64,000 nucleotides of DNA from an uncultured Bacteriovoracaceae bacterium (GCA_964012805.1 CAXGUD010000007.1:68987-132986); one strand, 5' to 3'; positions 1 through 9,665 are shown, numbered from the stretch's first letter. The notes: generated by a model from the sequence alone, not told the origin. Made by a program: numbers and translations.

Positions 1-1177
1 TGCTACCTGAAGCCCAGAGTGAGCAAGGGTTTGAAATACCTTCTAAGGCCTTAGTACAGTAATCACTTGTTATATAGAAATGGCCTTTATTGAGCTCAGC
101 TTCAAAGTTTTCTGATAACGTTTGAGGCTTTTTTTGAATAATTTGATCAAAGAGAATTTTAGAGCCTTTTAGTTCCCAATCTTTTTCAGACTTAAACTTA
201 TTTTGTATTTTATCAATTGGGAGGCCAACAAAGATAGATTTGCCTTTAGGAAGTTTTGGTAGATTAGATTCTCTTTCAAAAAATTGTTTCTCAACAATAC
301 CCTCTTTTTCTGAATGACCTTGATGAGTATGAATAAATCCACCAACAATTTTTTTCACATGTATTCCAACAGCTAGGTGACATCCTCCGCCATATTCGTT
401 GAATGCTTTTCGTTCCCTTTGAATTTCACTTGAAGTTTCGCTGTCATGAATTTTATTTAAAGCCGACAGCAGCTCATTATTATCATTTCTTTCTTTTAAG
501 CATTCAATGGCGAGAGCACCTTGGGATGCGGCAGCTGGAAATGTACTTTGAGGAAGAACCATAAAGTTGAGGTCTTTAAGAAGCTCTTCAAGTTTTGGTC
601 TAGACTCTTTCCCAAGTGCCAGTCTTTCAAGGCCGGCGAGCGCGAGAACAATCCCATGATACTCACCTTTTCTTAATTTTTCTATTCTCGTATTAACATT
701 ACCTCTTAGTGGCTCCGTTTGAACTTCTACAGGGGCACTGTGTAAAGGTAAATAGTCCTTAAGGTAAGTTTTTAAATTATGCATACGTCTTGGCGAGCTT
801 GTTCCAACTTTAAAGACTTTTAGGTTTGACCAGTTTTGTATAAGTTCTTTCTTTACAAGTAAGACGTCATGGCCAAATTGTCTTTTTGTTATAGCAGCAA
901 GTGTTAATTCAGGAGGTCTTTGTGAGCCTAGGTCTTTATGAGAGTGAATCACTAAGTCAACAGCTTTGGTCTTTAAAGCTTCATCAAGTTCTTTAGTGAA
1001 AAAATTTTGTCCTTCAAGCTGCCACAAAGGGACTTTTTGATTTAAGTCACCCTGTGTTTTAATGACTTTAAGCTCGTATTGGTGTCCAGTAAGTTCTTCT
1101 AATTGTCGTCTTGTTTGATCAGCTTGCGTTAAGGCGAGAAGGCTCCCACGAGTTCCTATAGTAAATGTTTTAGGCAA
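1..1177 (-). CDS. hemC: Porphobilinogen deaminase with C-terminal extension (probable HemC-HemD fusion), truncated by the window edge
   Basis: Not in the ORF track. Manual translation from TTG at 1177 gives MPKTFTIGTRGSLLALTQ...KTQGD...FTKELDEAL...DLVIHSHKDLG...GTSSPRR...GGCH. The frame stays open to position 1 (>390 aa). It overlaps the hemA stop. Confidence 0.9.
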   Translation of the reverse strand, partial: MPKTFTIGTRGSLLALTQADQTRRQLEELTGHQYELKVIKTQGDLNQKVPLWQLEGQNFFTKELDEALKTKAVDLVIHSHKDLGSQRPPELTLAAITKRQFGHDVLLVKKELIQNWSNLKVFKVGTSSPRRMHNLKTYLKDYLPLHSAPVEVQTEPLRGNVNTRIEKLRKGEYHGIVLALAGLERLALGKESRPKLEELLKDLNFMVLPQSTFPAAASQGALAIECLKERNDNNELLSALNKIHDSETSSEIQRERKAFNEYGGGCHLAVGIHVKKIVGGFIHTHQGHSEKEGIVEKQFFERESNLPKLPKGKSIFVGLPIDKIQNKFKSEKDWELKGSKILFDQIIQKKPQTLSENFEAELNKGHFYITSDYCTKALEGISNPCSLWASGS

Positions 1178-2105
1178 AATGTAATTCCTCCCAACCGAAG
1201 GGGTAATTGTACGAAAAAGAGTAGAATCTTTTTTCAACAATTCGATTGATTTCTTTCTGGGCCCTTTCTATTTTTAGTGTTTTTTCGTCGTTAAGGAATG
1301 TTCCTCGTTTAAAAATATCATCAAGCCTGAATACGTTACTCTTAGCAGTTAGCTCCGTGTCTATCACAGAGGGATGCCCTAGATCAATAAAAAGCTTCTT
1401 CGGACAGGAATTCGATGGAACGTCGTGCCATTTTTTGAAAAAGCTTCTATCAAATAGGATGCCTTCGGCTCCTATCGTGTTGATAACATTATAGGATTTA
1501 GCTATAGAACTTTTTTCTGCCCAGTGAATTGATTTTGTCTCATATAGATCGCAGATTTCCTTAACTTTTCCTTCATTTCTACCTGAAATTGTGACATTGA
1601 ATTTTTTCTTAAGGACTTTGATCAGGCTATGACACAATGCTCCTGTTCCTGTGATAAGAACATCGTTTGATGTAGAGTGTTGGAGAAGTATTTTTTTTGA
1701 AATTGAGCTGTATGACTGTTGCCCAATTTCCCCTAGAAAATCAGTTTTAATATCTTTTGAGTCCTTAAGCAGTTTTTCAAGGACAGAGACAAGGAATAGG
1801 TTTTTTTGTGAAGATCTTAAATAATTTCTAAAGGCGTGCTTAAATTGGCTAGCAATCTCATTCTCACCTTGCAATCTACTTTTTAGGCCGCAGATTGTTT
1901 CAAGCAGAAATGAGTAGGCTTTAATACCCTCTAAAGGTGTGTGCTCTGGAAGTGAAAAATGGACTATTTTCTTTAGAGAAAGGCTTTGTTTTAAGCCGAC
2001 AATTAAGGTCCTTTGGCAGGTTTTAAGAATAAAGAGGTCTGATTGATCCAGATCAGGAGTTTTGATCCCTTGCGGAAAATGGTAAAGAGAGATTAAATCG
2101 ATCAT
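1170..2105 (-). CDS. hemA: Glutamyl-tRNA reductase (short, divergent)
   Basis: LKTCQR (TCNR-like catalytic Cys), GLKSRLQGENEI, Rossmann GTG motif, FIDLGHP; lies upstream of hemC. Likely start is the ATG at 2105 (ORF track extends to 2216). Confidence 0.8.
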   Translation of the reverse strand: MIDLISLYHFPQGIKTPDLDQSDLFILKTCQRTLIVGLKQSLSLKKIVHFSLPEHTPLEGIKAYSFLLETICGLKSRLQGENEIASQFKHAFRNYLRSSQKNLFLVSVLEKLLKDSKDIKTDFLGEIGQQSYSSISKKILLQHSTSNDVLITGTGALCHSLIKVLKKKFNVTISGRNEGKVKEICDLYETKSIHWAEKSSIAKSYNVINTIGAEGILFDRSFFKKWHDVPSNSCPKKLFIDLGHPSVIDTELTAKSNVFRLDDIFKRGTFLNDEKTLKIERAQKEINRIVEKRFYSFSYNYPFGWEELHFA

Positions 2106-2373
2106 CTTTTTGTAAGCCTTTTTGTGATCTGCAAAAAAAGGAGGTCTTAGTCCTTTTTTTGAAAGCCAAGAATTTGCCGCTGGGCATTTATATTTCCTCT
2201 GAAAGAGTTGTAACATTAAAAGGGTTTTTAATTGTCACAAAATTGTAGGATTTGAAATGTCTAAAAGATTCTTTTTCTTTTTGAATGTTGAGTCATTGAT
2301 ATCAAAAAGGTTTTGGTATAAATAACTTCTAAAACATACAAAATAAGTAATGCGTCCATATATAATTGAATGA

Positions 2374-2407
2374 ATATTAGAATAGATATTAGAATAGATA
2401 TTAGAAT
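2374..2407. repeat. 12-bp tandem repeat ATATTAGAATAG, ~2.8 copies
   Basis: Units at 2374-2385, 2386-2397 and a partial unit at 2398-2407, in the divergent intergenic region. Confidence 0.85.
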
Positions 2408-2416
2408 GAATAAAGG

Positions 2417-2761
2417 ATGAGGGGTAATTTTTTGGGCCAATCTACTAAAATTCAAGAAGCTTCTCCAAAAGAGCCTAAAGAAAAGGCTGGACTTTTAAAG
2501 AAGGTATGGCTCTTTGTAAAAGCGCAGGCAAAGAAGTTTGATAATGCTGTGGATGGCGCAGCAAGCTTTTTTTTCAAGAATTATGGAAAAACTCGTTTCA
2601 TGATAGCGATGAGTAAAAAGGCTCAGTATTTAGGTCTTGAAAGGCTTTTTGAAAAAGGCCCTAAGGCTTTTGCATATTTTTTTCTATTTTACCTTGTCAG
2701 AGATACCATCCTATACATTATTATTCCTATTTATTTTGCAAAATGGACTTCTGGGAATTGA
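2417..2761 (+). CDS. Hypothetical small membrane protein
   Basis: 114-aa ORF with a C-terminal hydrophobic segment (FAYFFLFYLVRDTILYIIIPIYF); directly upstream of plsB. Confidence 0.6.
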   Translation: MRGNFLGQSTKIQEASPKEPKEKAGLLKKVWLFVKAQAKKFDNAVDGAASFFFKNYGKTRFMIAMSKKAQYLGLERLFEKGPKAFAYFFLFYLVRDTILYIIIPIYFAKWTSGN

Positions 2762-2797
2762 CCTAAAATTTTAAAGTTAAGGTTTTCGGGAAACATT

Positions 2798-4600
2798 ATG
2801 AATGATGAATTGAAAAAGATCGTCTTATCTTACCCAAAGTTACAAAAAAGAATACTGGAAAAAAAAGTCACCGAAGAAAAGGTGCTGAAGCTCCTTAGTG
2901 AGATAGCAGCAACTTATTCTTCCAAAGTGATGGAATACTTCGAAAAGTTTTTAGATGTCTCTTTAGAAAAGCTCTACGACGGAATTAATTTTAATTATCC
3001 AAAGGGAATGGACTTTCAGAAGTTGTGTGAGGAAAACAATGTTGTTCTTGTTCCTAATCATCAATCCCACGCTGATTATTTGGCCATAAATTATATGGTT
3101 TTTAAGCATTTTAATTTTCCGCTCTATGTTGCAGGTGGCATTAATTTGAACCTTTTTATGGTTGGTGACCTATTTAGGAAGTCAGGATGCTTTTTTATAA
3201 GGAGAAGTTTTCAAAGTGATGTATCTTATAGATTTGTTTTAGAGGCATACCTTTATTATTTACTTGAAACTGGAAAAACCATTGAGTTTTTCTTTGAAGG
3301 TGGAAGAACTCGTTCAGGAAAATTGTTGTCCCCTCGATTCGGGCTCTATCAGATGCTTATAGAATCTCATGCTGAGATTCCTATAGAGAGGAGAAAAAAG
3401 CTTCTTTTTATTCCAGTGAGTATTGTGCACGAATATGTTCCAGAACAAAAGACTCTTGCTCAAGAATTGGAGGGTGAGAAAAAGAAAAAAGAAAATTTCT
3501 TACAGGTTTTTAAAGTATTAAAGTTATTTTCAAGGCAATTTGGAAATGTTCATATCAACCTTGGAAGCCCTGTTGAGGCTCCGGAGCTTAATGAAGGGGA
3601 GATAGCCGATAAAAGGTCTTTAACTCAAGGGTTAGCTTTTAATTGTTTTAGGGCCGTGGGAAAAAACTTTTTGGTTACGCCTACAGCACTTCTTTCTCTT
3701 GTTCTTTTAGAGGATCCAAGTGGGGCTTTGAAATGGAATGATATTATTCATAAATGTTATTATATCGTTGAGTTTTGTAAGAAGTTTAAAATTCCTTATG
3801 TTGCTTCTCTTAAGGATGAGAATTTTTCCTCTACTATTGATAGAGCCATGGAGATTTTAGTCGGGAATGGAAAAGTTGAAATTATAAAAGGTCGTGAACC
3901 GGAAAACGTATTTTACTCTATAAAGTTAAATGCTAGAAAAGAGCTTCTTTACTCAAAAAACTCTATACTCCATCACTTTTTAGTTCCTTGGGCCATCCAC
4001 TCAGCTTGGATAAAAGTTTTTAAAGGAAGTATTAGAAGTGTTGAAGAGTTAAAAGCTTTTTTCCTTAGAGAAAGAGATCAGCTCAAGCACGAATTTTATC
4101 TACCAACCACTAAGGAGTTTTTACAACATGCCCTCCATATTGTGTCTGAAATCATAGGGCGTAAAATTAGGAGCCTTGAAGAGTGTTTAAAGCTTGAATA
4201 TAAAGAGCTTTATTTGGTGGCTTCTTCAACTGGTATATTTGCTCGGTCTGGATCCTACTTATTTGAAGGTTATTACCTCGCAGGCCTTGCTATTAAGGAA
4301 CTTGGTTATAAAGCTTCCTCAGATGGTTTTAAGTTTGACCTCTTTAAAAAAACTGTTCAAGCTTTGTATGACGACGAAAAAACTTTGGATAGGTTCATAA
4401 AATATCCTGAGGCTTGTTCTTTACCTCTTATGAAAACGAGTTTGAAGTTTTTTACTCATCAAGGCGTTATTGAAAATCCAGGAGGGGGTTTCTTCGTTGT
4501 AAATCATAATAAGCTAGATTCTTTGACAAAAGAGTTGGGTGGTAATCTTATGGACGGGTCAACTTTCAATGTAAGTCCTGAGGTTCCTCCTATGAATTAA
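2798..4600 (+). CDS. plsB: Glycerol-3-phosphate acyltransferase (PlsB/GPAT family)
   Basis: Acyltransferase blocks NHQSHADY (HX4D), GCFFIRRSF, FFEGGRTRSGK, LFIPVSI. Confidence 0.85.
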   Translation: MNDELKKIVLSYPKLQKRILEKKVTEEKVLKLLSEIAATYSSKVMEYFEKFLDVSLEKLYDGINFNYPKGMDFQKLCEENNVVLVPNHQSHADYLAINYMVFKHFNFPLYVAGGINLNLFMVGDLFRKSGCFFIRRSFQSDVSYRFVLEAYLYYLLETGKTIEFFFEGGRTRSGKLLSPRFGLYQMLIESHAEIPIERRKKLLFIPVSIVHEYVPEQKTLAQELEGEKKKKENFLQVFKVLKLFSRQFGNVHINLGSPVEAPELNEGEIADKRSLTQGLAFNCFRAVGKNFLVTPTALLSLVLLEDPSGALKWNDIIHKCYYIVEFCKKFKIPYVASLKDENFSSTIDRAMEILVGNGKVEIIKGREPENVFYSIKLNARKELLYSKNSILHHFLVPWAIHSAWIKVFKGSIRSVEELKAFFLRERDQLKHEFYLPTTKEFLQHALHIVSEIIGRKIRSLEECLKLEYKELYLVASSTGIFARSGSYLFEGYYLAGLAIKELGYKASSDGFKFDLFKKTVQALYDDEKTLDRFIKYPEACSLPLMKTSLKFFTHQGVIENPGGGFFVVNHNKLDSLTKELGGNLMDGSTFNVSPEVPPMN

Positions 4601-4629
4601 GGTGTGGTGAAACTATAAAGTGAGTTGAT

Positions 4630-5532
4630 ATGGAAAAAGAGCTTTTGCTTCGTGAAAAAGAGATTAAGAAAGTTCTTTTAATAGTCCTATTTCTTAATCT
4701 TTTTATTGCTGCTTTAAAAATTGGCGTAGGCTTTAATTCTCATTATATCTCTCTAGTCTCTTCAGGGATTGACTCTTTATTTGATAGTGCTTCCAATTGC
4801 CTGGCACTCATTAGCATTTACTTTGCTTTTAAACCCGCAGATTCAGGCCATAACTATGGTCATTACAAATTTGAAACTTTTGGCAGTTTAGTGATTGGGA
4901 TACTTATTCTTTTCTCCGGTGTCCAATTTCTATTGAGTATGAACCTTTTTGGAAAAAAGCTTTTTAAAGAGCCTGTTTTCAGCATTTTTCCTTTCGTTTC
5001 TGTTCTTGTGTCCACTGCAGTTAGCTTTTTTGTTTCTAAGTATGAGAAAAAGAAGGGTAAAGAGCTCTCCTCTTCCATTCTTAATTCAGATTCCGCTCAT
5101 ACCTATGGAGATTTCTTGATAGGTTTCGGGGTTTTAATATCTCTTGTATTTTCTTATTTCAGAGTCTACTGGGTAGATGTCTTCGTAGGGGGGGCCATAG
5201 GTTTATACCTCTTTATTTTGGGCATTGAAATTCTGAGAAAGAACCTGCCGGAACTTTTAGACGGCTCTCCTGTTATTGAAAAAGAGCTTGTTAAAAAAGT
5301 AGAAGAAATTGAACATATAAAAGACATTCATAAGTTTAGGGCCAGAGGCAACCAGAACTGTATGTTTATAGACTTTCATCTCTTACTTGATGAGGACCTA
5401 TCTCTAAAGGAAGCTCATAAAATTGGGCATGACGCAGAGGGAATGATTAAGAACCTCCTTGAAAAGTATGCCAGGAAGATTGATGTTACAGTTCATGTAG
5501 AGCCCTATGAAGAAAATCATCTTGATGATTGA
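4630..5532 (+). CDS. Cation diffusion facilitator transporter (FieF-like)
   Basis: Multiple TM helices, DSLFD, KPADxxHNYGHxKFE, SAHTYGD, C-terminal domain ending VTVHVEP. Confidence 0.9.
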   Translation: MEKELLLREKEIKKVLLIVLFLNLFIAALKIGVGFNSHYISLVSSGIDSLFDSASNCLALISIYFAFKPADSGHNYGHYKFETFGSLVIGILILFSGVQFLLSMNLFGKKLFKEPVFSIFPFVSVLVSTAVSFFVSKYEKKKGKELSSSILNSDSAHTYGDFLIGFGVLISLVFSYFRVYWVDVFVGGAIGLYLFILGIEILRKNLPELLDGSPVIEKELVKKVEEIEHIKDIHKFRARGNQNCMFIDFHLLLDEDLSLKEAHKIGHDAEGMIKNLLEKYARKIDVTVHVEPYEENHLDD

Positions 5533-5547
5533 AATTAAAGGACTTGG

Positions 5548-6048
5548 GTGTTAGAGAGGGGCATGGAACTTTCTCCCACATATTCTCCAAATAAGAGGAT
5601 TCTTTACACCAAAACAAAGTTGCCGGCGATGTTTTGGAGCAAGGATCTAGCGAAGGTCGACCAAATCGTCAATTCGTCCAGTGATTTGTTTTTTGCGTCA
5701 GGATGCTCGGTTTTACACTTTCCTGGAAAGTATGGAGAAAAAGAAATGAGCTTTTTGCCCTTAGACGATGATAGTTTTTTCGTTGGAAGGGAGGTAACTG
5801 GCTTTTTAGATTTGGCTCCGGGTTTTTGGTTTTTGGATTTGCCAGAGTGCGAACAAGTAACTTTTAAGCTTCCTAATGACTCTACTTTCGAGGACTTGGT
5901 GTCGCGAAGTGAAGAGATTTCAGGAAGTTTGCCATTAGAGTTTGTTGATAAGCTTCTTTTGAAGCATGTTTCCATCTTTGAAGATAAGGAGAAAGATGGT
6001 TTGGCAGGGCTAAGTGTTGAGCTACAATATTTTTTTGGGTGGACTTGA
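5548..6048 (+). CDS. Hypothetical protein
   Basis: 166-aa ORF co-oriented with its neighbours and filling the gap; no recognisable motif. Confidence 0.55.
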   Translation: MLERGMELSPTYSPNKRILYTKTKLPAMFWSKDLAKVDQIVNSSSDLFFASGCSVLHFPGKYGEKEMSFLPLDDDSFFVGREVTGFLDLAPGFWFLDLPECEQVTFKLPNDSTFEDLVSRSEEISGSLPLEFVDKLLLKHVSIFEDKEKDGLAGLSVELQYFFGWT

Positions 6049-6147
6049 CGAGTCGCATTTTTGTATCTTAAATAGTCTATTTTTATAGGTTAATAGTGAT
6101 TAATGGAGTAACAAAATAATAAGTTTCTTTTCAAATGGAGGTAGATC

Positions 6148-6768
6148 ATCGGAGAGAATAAGGTAAGAGACAGCAAAAAAAAGGGTCCTAGAGTAAACTC
6201 TGCGATTCGCTTAGTTGAGTGCAGGTTAATAGGTGATGATGGAACTCAGTATGGTATTGTCTCAATGACTGAAGCTAATAGAATTGCTGAAGAACAAGGA
6301 TTGGATTTGGTTGAGGTTTCCCCAACGGCAAAGCCTCCTGTAGTTAAAATAATTGACTATGGGAAATTTAAGTATATGCAGCAGAAAAAGGCAAACGAAG
6401 CTAAAAAGAAGACGGCTACGGTTCAATTAAAGGAAATTCAGCTTAGACCAAATATTGAGTCTCACGACTTAGAAACAAAGTTGAAAAGAGCTTATAAATT
6501 TTTAGACCAAGGCGATAAAATCAAGATGGTCCTCCAATTTAGGGGGCGTGAGATGAGTTATCGTGAGAACGGAATGAAAAAGTTCCGAGCTATAATTGAG
6601 AAGGTTGAAGAGTATGGTGCAGTTGTTGAGTCTGAGCCTAAAATGGTTGGGACTCGTATAATAGCCATTCTTGCATCGTTAAAAAAACCTGTAAAAAAGC
6701 CTGAAGGAAAACCACAAAAAAAGGAAAAAGGTAGCAATAGTGCTTCTAAGGATAACGTAAACGCCTAG
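6148..6768 (+). CDS. infC: Translation initiation factor IF-3 with a non-canonical ATC start
   Basis: GLDLVEVSPTAKPPVVKIIDYGKFKY and LKEIQLRPNI motifs. The IF3 N-terminus (PRVNSAIRLVECRLIGDDG) continues in frame upstream of 6265 to ATC codons at 6145/6148. These are bounded by an in-frame TAG at 6142, and GGAGG sits at 6137-6141. Confidence 0.92.
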   Translation: MGENKVRDSKKKGPRVNSAIRLVECRLIGDDGTQYGIVSMTEANRIAEEQGLDLVEVSPTAKPPVVKIIDYGKFKYMQQKKANEAKKKTATVQLKEIQLRPNIESHDLETKLKRAYKFLDQGDKIKMVLQFRGREMSYRENGMKKFRAIIEKVEEYGAVVESEPKMVGTRIIAILASLKKPVKKPEGKPQKKEKGSNSASKDNVNA

Positions 6769-6910
6769 AATATATAGTGTTTACTAGTTTTGTGCTGCGA
6801 GTTGTTCTCAGTTAAGAGAATAAGCCACCAAGGATTTACAAAGGCTTTAAGAGCTGATAGAAGAAACCTCCTCTTAGGAGAATTTAAATTAAACTTGAAG
6901 GGATTTTATT

Positions 6911-7108
6911 ATGCCAAAGATGAAAACGAGAAAGTCCGCCGAAAAACGATTTTCTGCGACAGGTAGCGGAAAAATAAAGCGTAGAAGAGGTGGTCTCAGA
7001 CACAATCTTGGTAAGAGAACGACAAAGTCGAAGACTCTTGCAGGAAAAACAGACTACGTTCATGAAGCTGATGAAAGCAGAATTCGTAGAATGTTGCCTT
7101 ACCTATAA
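6911..7108 (+). CDS. rpmI: 50S ribosomal protein L35
   Basis: MPKMKTRKSAEKRFSATGSGKIKRR...MLPYL, between infC and rplT. Confidence 0.97.
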   Translation: MPKMKTRKSAEKRFSATGSGKIKRRRGGLRHNLGKRTTKSKTLAGKTDYVHEADESRIRRMLPYL

Positions 7109-7226
7109 TCTTATCTAGCTTTTGATTGAGGTTATTTTAGAGAAGGCTTGTAGTTAATTGAACAGAGTCTTGGGAAACAAAGATCTTGCTTAGAAAGACC
7201 CCAAGAATCGTGAAGGAGAATGAAAA

Positions 7227-7571
7227 ATGGCACGTGTAAGAAGAGGCTTTAAAGCCAGAAGAAGAAGAAACAAAATTTTGAAGAGGGCCAAAGGCTTTCA
7301 ATTTGATAGAAGAAGAAAGTTTCGTCATGCTGCTCAGACAGTCGTTAGAGCCATGCACTACTCTTATATCGGTAGAAAACTATTAAAGAGAGATATGAGA
7401 AGGCTTTGGATTCAGAGAATTAGTGCAGCATCTAAGACTGTAGGAAGTTCTTATTCAAAGTTTATGGGTGCGTTGAAGAAAAAAGGAAGTACTCTTAACA
7501 GAAAAATGTTGTCAGAGATTGCAGCAAGAGACTTTGAAGGATTTAAAGCTATTGAGCAAAGCCTTCATTAA
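7227..7571 (+). CDS. rplT: 50S ribosomal protein L20
   Basis: MARVRRG...KILKRAKGF...KRDMRRLWIQRISAA...LNRKMLSEIA. Confidence 0.97.
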   Translation: MARVRRGFKARRRRNKILKRAKGFQFDRRRKFRHAAQTVVRAMHYSYIGRKLLKRDMRRLWIQRISAASKTVGSSYSKFMGALKKKGSTLNRKMLSEIAARDFEGFKAIEQSLH

Positions 7572-7605
7572 GCCGACTTAGAACAAACTACTTTTTGAAA
7601 ATAAT

Positions 7606-7638
7606 AAAAAACCTCTTTTATAAAAGAGGTTTTTTTTT
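7606..7638 (+). terminator. Intrinsic terminator after rplT
   Basis: Inverted repeat AAAAAACCTCTTTTA/TAAAAGAGGTTTTTT followed by a T tract. Confidence 0.8.
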
Positions 7639-7805
7639 GTCTTTTTCCAATAGAAGAAAATAATTATCTAACTTAATCATTCTTCTGTTAGGTTTTTCTT
7701 GTCATTTTGTGAAAGTTCTTTTTAAAATTTTCATCGATAAAAATTGTTGAACGGTTGTTGTTCAAAATATTTCTAAGGGCCTCAAGGATCATTAAGGAGT
7801 TTTTA

Positions 7806-8714
7806 ATGAAGAAGCTTTTTAAAAGCTTAATGGTTATCGCTTTAATCTTCCCATCTTTGTCATATAGTTGCGATGAGCATGGCTTAACAGGAATCATGGA
7901 AGAGAATGATCTTTATATTGGCCCTCATGAAAAAGGGGTTTCGAAGGTCTCTTATGCAGATTTCAAGGATGTTATTGAAAGAATAACAAGGTTGTATGAA
8001 AAGGACTTTGAAAAAAGAGGTTTAAAGCTTTTTATCCAAGACAGTTGGGCAAACGGTAGTGTTAATGCTTATGCTCAAAGAAAAGGTCGTACGGCTTTAG
8101 TTAATATGTTCGGTGGTATAGCCCGTCATGAAACAATGAGTAAGGATTCATTGGCCCTTGTTACTTGTCATGAACTAGGACATCACATTGGAGGAACTCC
8201 AAAGAAAGAGCGTTCAGGGTATGGTTATGGAAGTTCTGGGAGAAAAGTCTACACATGGGCCAGTAATGAGGGGCAAGCAGACTACTTTGCTTCCATGAAG
8301 TGTTTGAGGCGTTACTTTGAAAGAGAAGATAATGTGAAGGCAATAGAAGATAAAGAGGTTCCATCTTTTGTAAGAATTTCTTGTCAAAATCAATTCAACT
8401 CAGCTGAAGACGTTGCAATTTGTATAAGGAGTGCCTTGGCGGGGTACTCTTTGGCCAACCTTTTTAATAGTATTAGAGGACGTTATTCTTTATTAAGCTT
8501 TGAAAATAAAGATCCATCTAGAGTGCTAAAGACTTATGACAATCATCCTGCTCCACAATGTCGTTTAGATACTTATTTTGCAGGTGCTTTATGTGATAAG
8601 GATTTATATGATGAAGTTAGTGATAGTCAAGTTGACAAGGGTGTTTGTTCAAGAAGAGAGGGCTATGTAATTGGAGTCCGACCTCTTTGCTGGTTTAGAC
8701 CTTTTTATCAATAA
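7806..8714 (+). CDS. Secreted zinc metalloprotease (HEXXH, M48-like)
   Basis: Signal peptide MKKLFKSLMVIALIF after AAGGAG; VNAYA, CHELGHHIGG, NEGQADY; Cys-rich C-terminus. Confidence 0.75.
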   Translation: MKKLFKSLMVIALIFPSLSYSCDEHGLTGIMEENDLYIGPHEKGVSKVSYADFKDVIERITRLYEKDFEKRGLKLFIQDSWANGSVNAYAQRKGRTALVNMFGGIARHETMSKDSLALVTCHELGHHIGGTPKKERSGYGYGSSGRKVYTWASNEGQADYFASMKCLRRYFEREDNVKAIEDKEVPSFVRISCQNQFNSAEDVAICIRSALAGYSLANLFNSIRGRYSLLSFENKDPSRVLKTYDNHPAPQCRLDTYFAGALCDKDLYDEVSDSQVDKGVCSRREGYVIGVRPLCWFRPFYQ

Positions 8715-8720
8715 TTAATC

Positions 8721-9665
8721 TCAATATGTAGATGAGCAGCTAGAACCACCTAGAACGCAGAAGCTTGAGCAGAATGGGTGGTTCAAGAATACTTTTTTCG
8801 ACGATTCCGATAAAGACTCACCGAGCTCGAATTCTTTATTGTAAGGAATGAGAGTGCAGGCTTGCACTTTTGTTTTGTTTTGGCCTTTAGGCTTTACCAC
8901 CATCCTTTCTGAAGAGCACATTAGAGACTCAGGGCCTTTTCCTAAGATAGACCAACAAGATGTTGTAATTTCAGGAGTGTTAAGGTTTTTTGAGTCCATT
9001 TCAGGGAAAAGAACAAGGTTGTCTTCACTCAAACTTAGGGGCACTTCATGTTTTTTAAAAAGAGATTTGAACCCATCAAGAGCTTCAGTATAGCTTTCTG
9101 ATTGGAGGAACCTTCCTGCGATGCTGACATTAAAACTTTTGCTAATGAGCCAACCGATACTTTCAAGTGTCGGTAAAAAAGTATTATATCCTCTTTCCTT
9201 TTCATGAACTTCTTTTGTGAAGTGGTCTAAAGATACCCTTAGAAATAGCTTGTCAGGAAAAAGTTGATTGAGGGTAAGAAGTTTTTTATCCCACCTTGAA
9301 ATCACTTTATATGCATTTGTTAATACAAGGGCCTTATGACCTGCTCGTAAAATAGTTTCAATAATATTAATAATATTTGGGTTTAGGAAGGGTTCACCCC
9401 CTGTAATGCCAATAAGTTCTACTGGTAAAGAGTTCTCTTCTATTTCTTTAATGTAAGGAAGAACATCATCTTTTGTAAGGTAGAGGAGGCGGTCATTTTT
9501 TGGACTAGACTCGATATAGCAGTTTTGGCACTCTAAGTTACAAAGTGTTCCAGTATTGAACCAGAGGGTCTTAAGCTCACCCATGTCAACGGAAGCTCTT
9601 TCCTCACCCTTTAATGTTTTAAAAGGGTCTTGGAATTTTAGTTTATTGTCCAAAGTTTTTCCCAT
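8721..9665 (-). CDS. Radical SAM protein with Cys-rich C-terminus (ArsS-related)
   Basis: CNLECQNC (CX3CX2C), TGGEP, LRVSLD, C-terminal LMCS...FCSSFCVLGGSSC. Its ATG directly abuts the methyltransferase stop. Confidence 0.85.
   Translation of the reverse strand: MGKTLDNKLKFQDPFKTLKGEERASVDMGELKTLWFNTGTLCNLECQNCYIESSPKNDRLLYLTKDDVLPYIKEIEENSLPVELIGITGGEPFLNPNIINIIETILRAGHKALVLTNAYKVISRWDKKLLTLNQLFPDKLFLRVSLDHFTKEVHEKERGYNTFLPTLESIGWLISKSFNVSIAGRFLQSESYTEALDGFKSLFKKHEVPLSLSEDNLVLFPEMDSKNLNTPEITTSCWSILGKGPESLMCSSERMVVKPKGQNKTKVQACTLIPYNKEFELGESLSESSKKVFLNHPFCSSFCVLGGSSCSSTY

Noticed and set aside
2261..2455. 64-aa minus-strand ORF with ILISILISIL
   Set aside because: It is the translation of the 12-bp tandem repeat and overlaps the plus-strand ORF head-to-head; probably spurious.
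7714..7740. Sigma28 promoter for the secreted HEXXH protease (ATCGATAA)
   Set aside because: The -10 is imperfect and there is no TAAA-like -35 at a 15-nt spacing.
8721..8723. Selenocysteine readthrough at the radical SAM TGA stop
   Set aside because: The stop follows the complete Cys-rich tail, in-frame TAA stops follow within a few codons, and no SECIS-like hairpin is evident.
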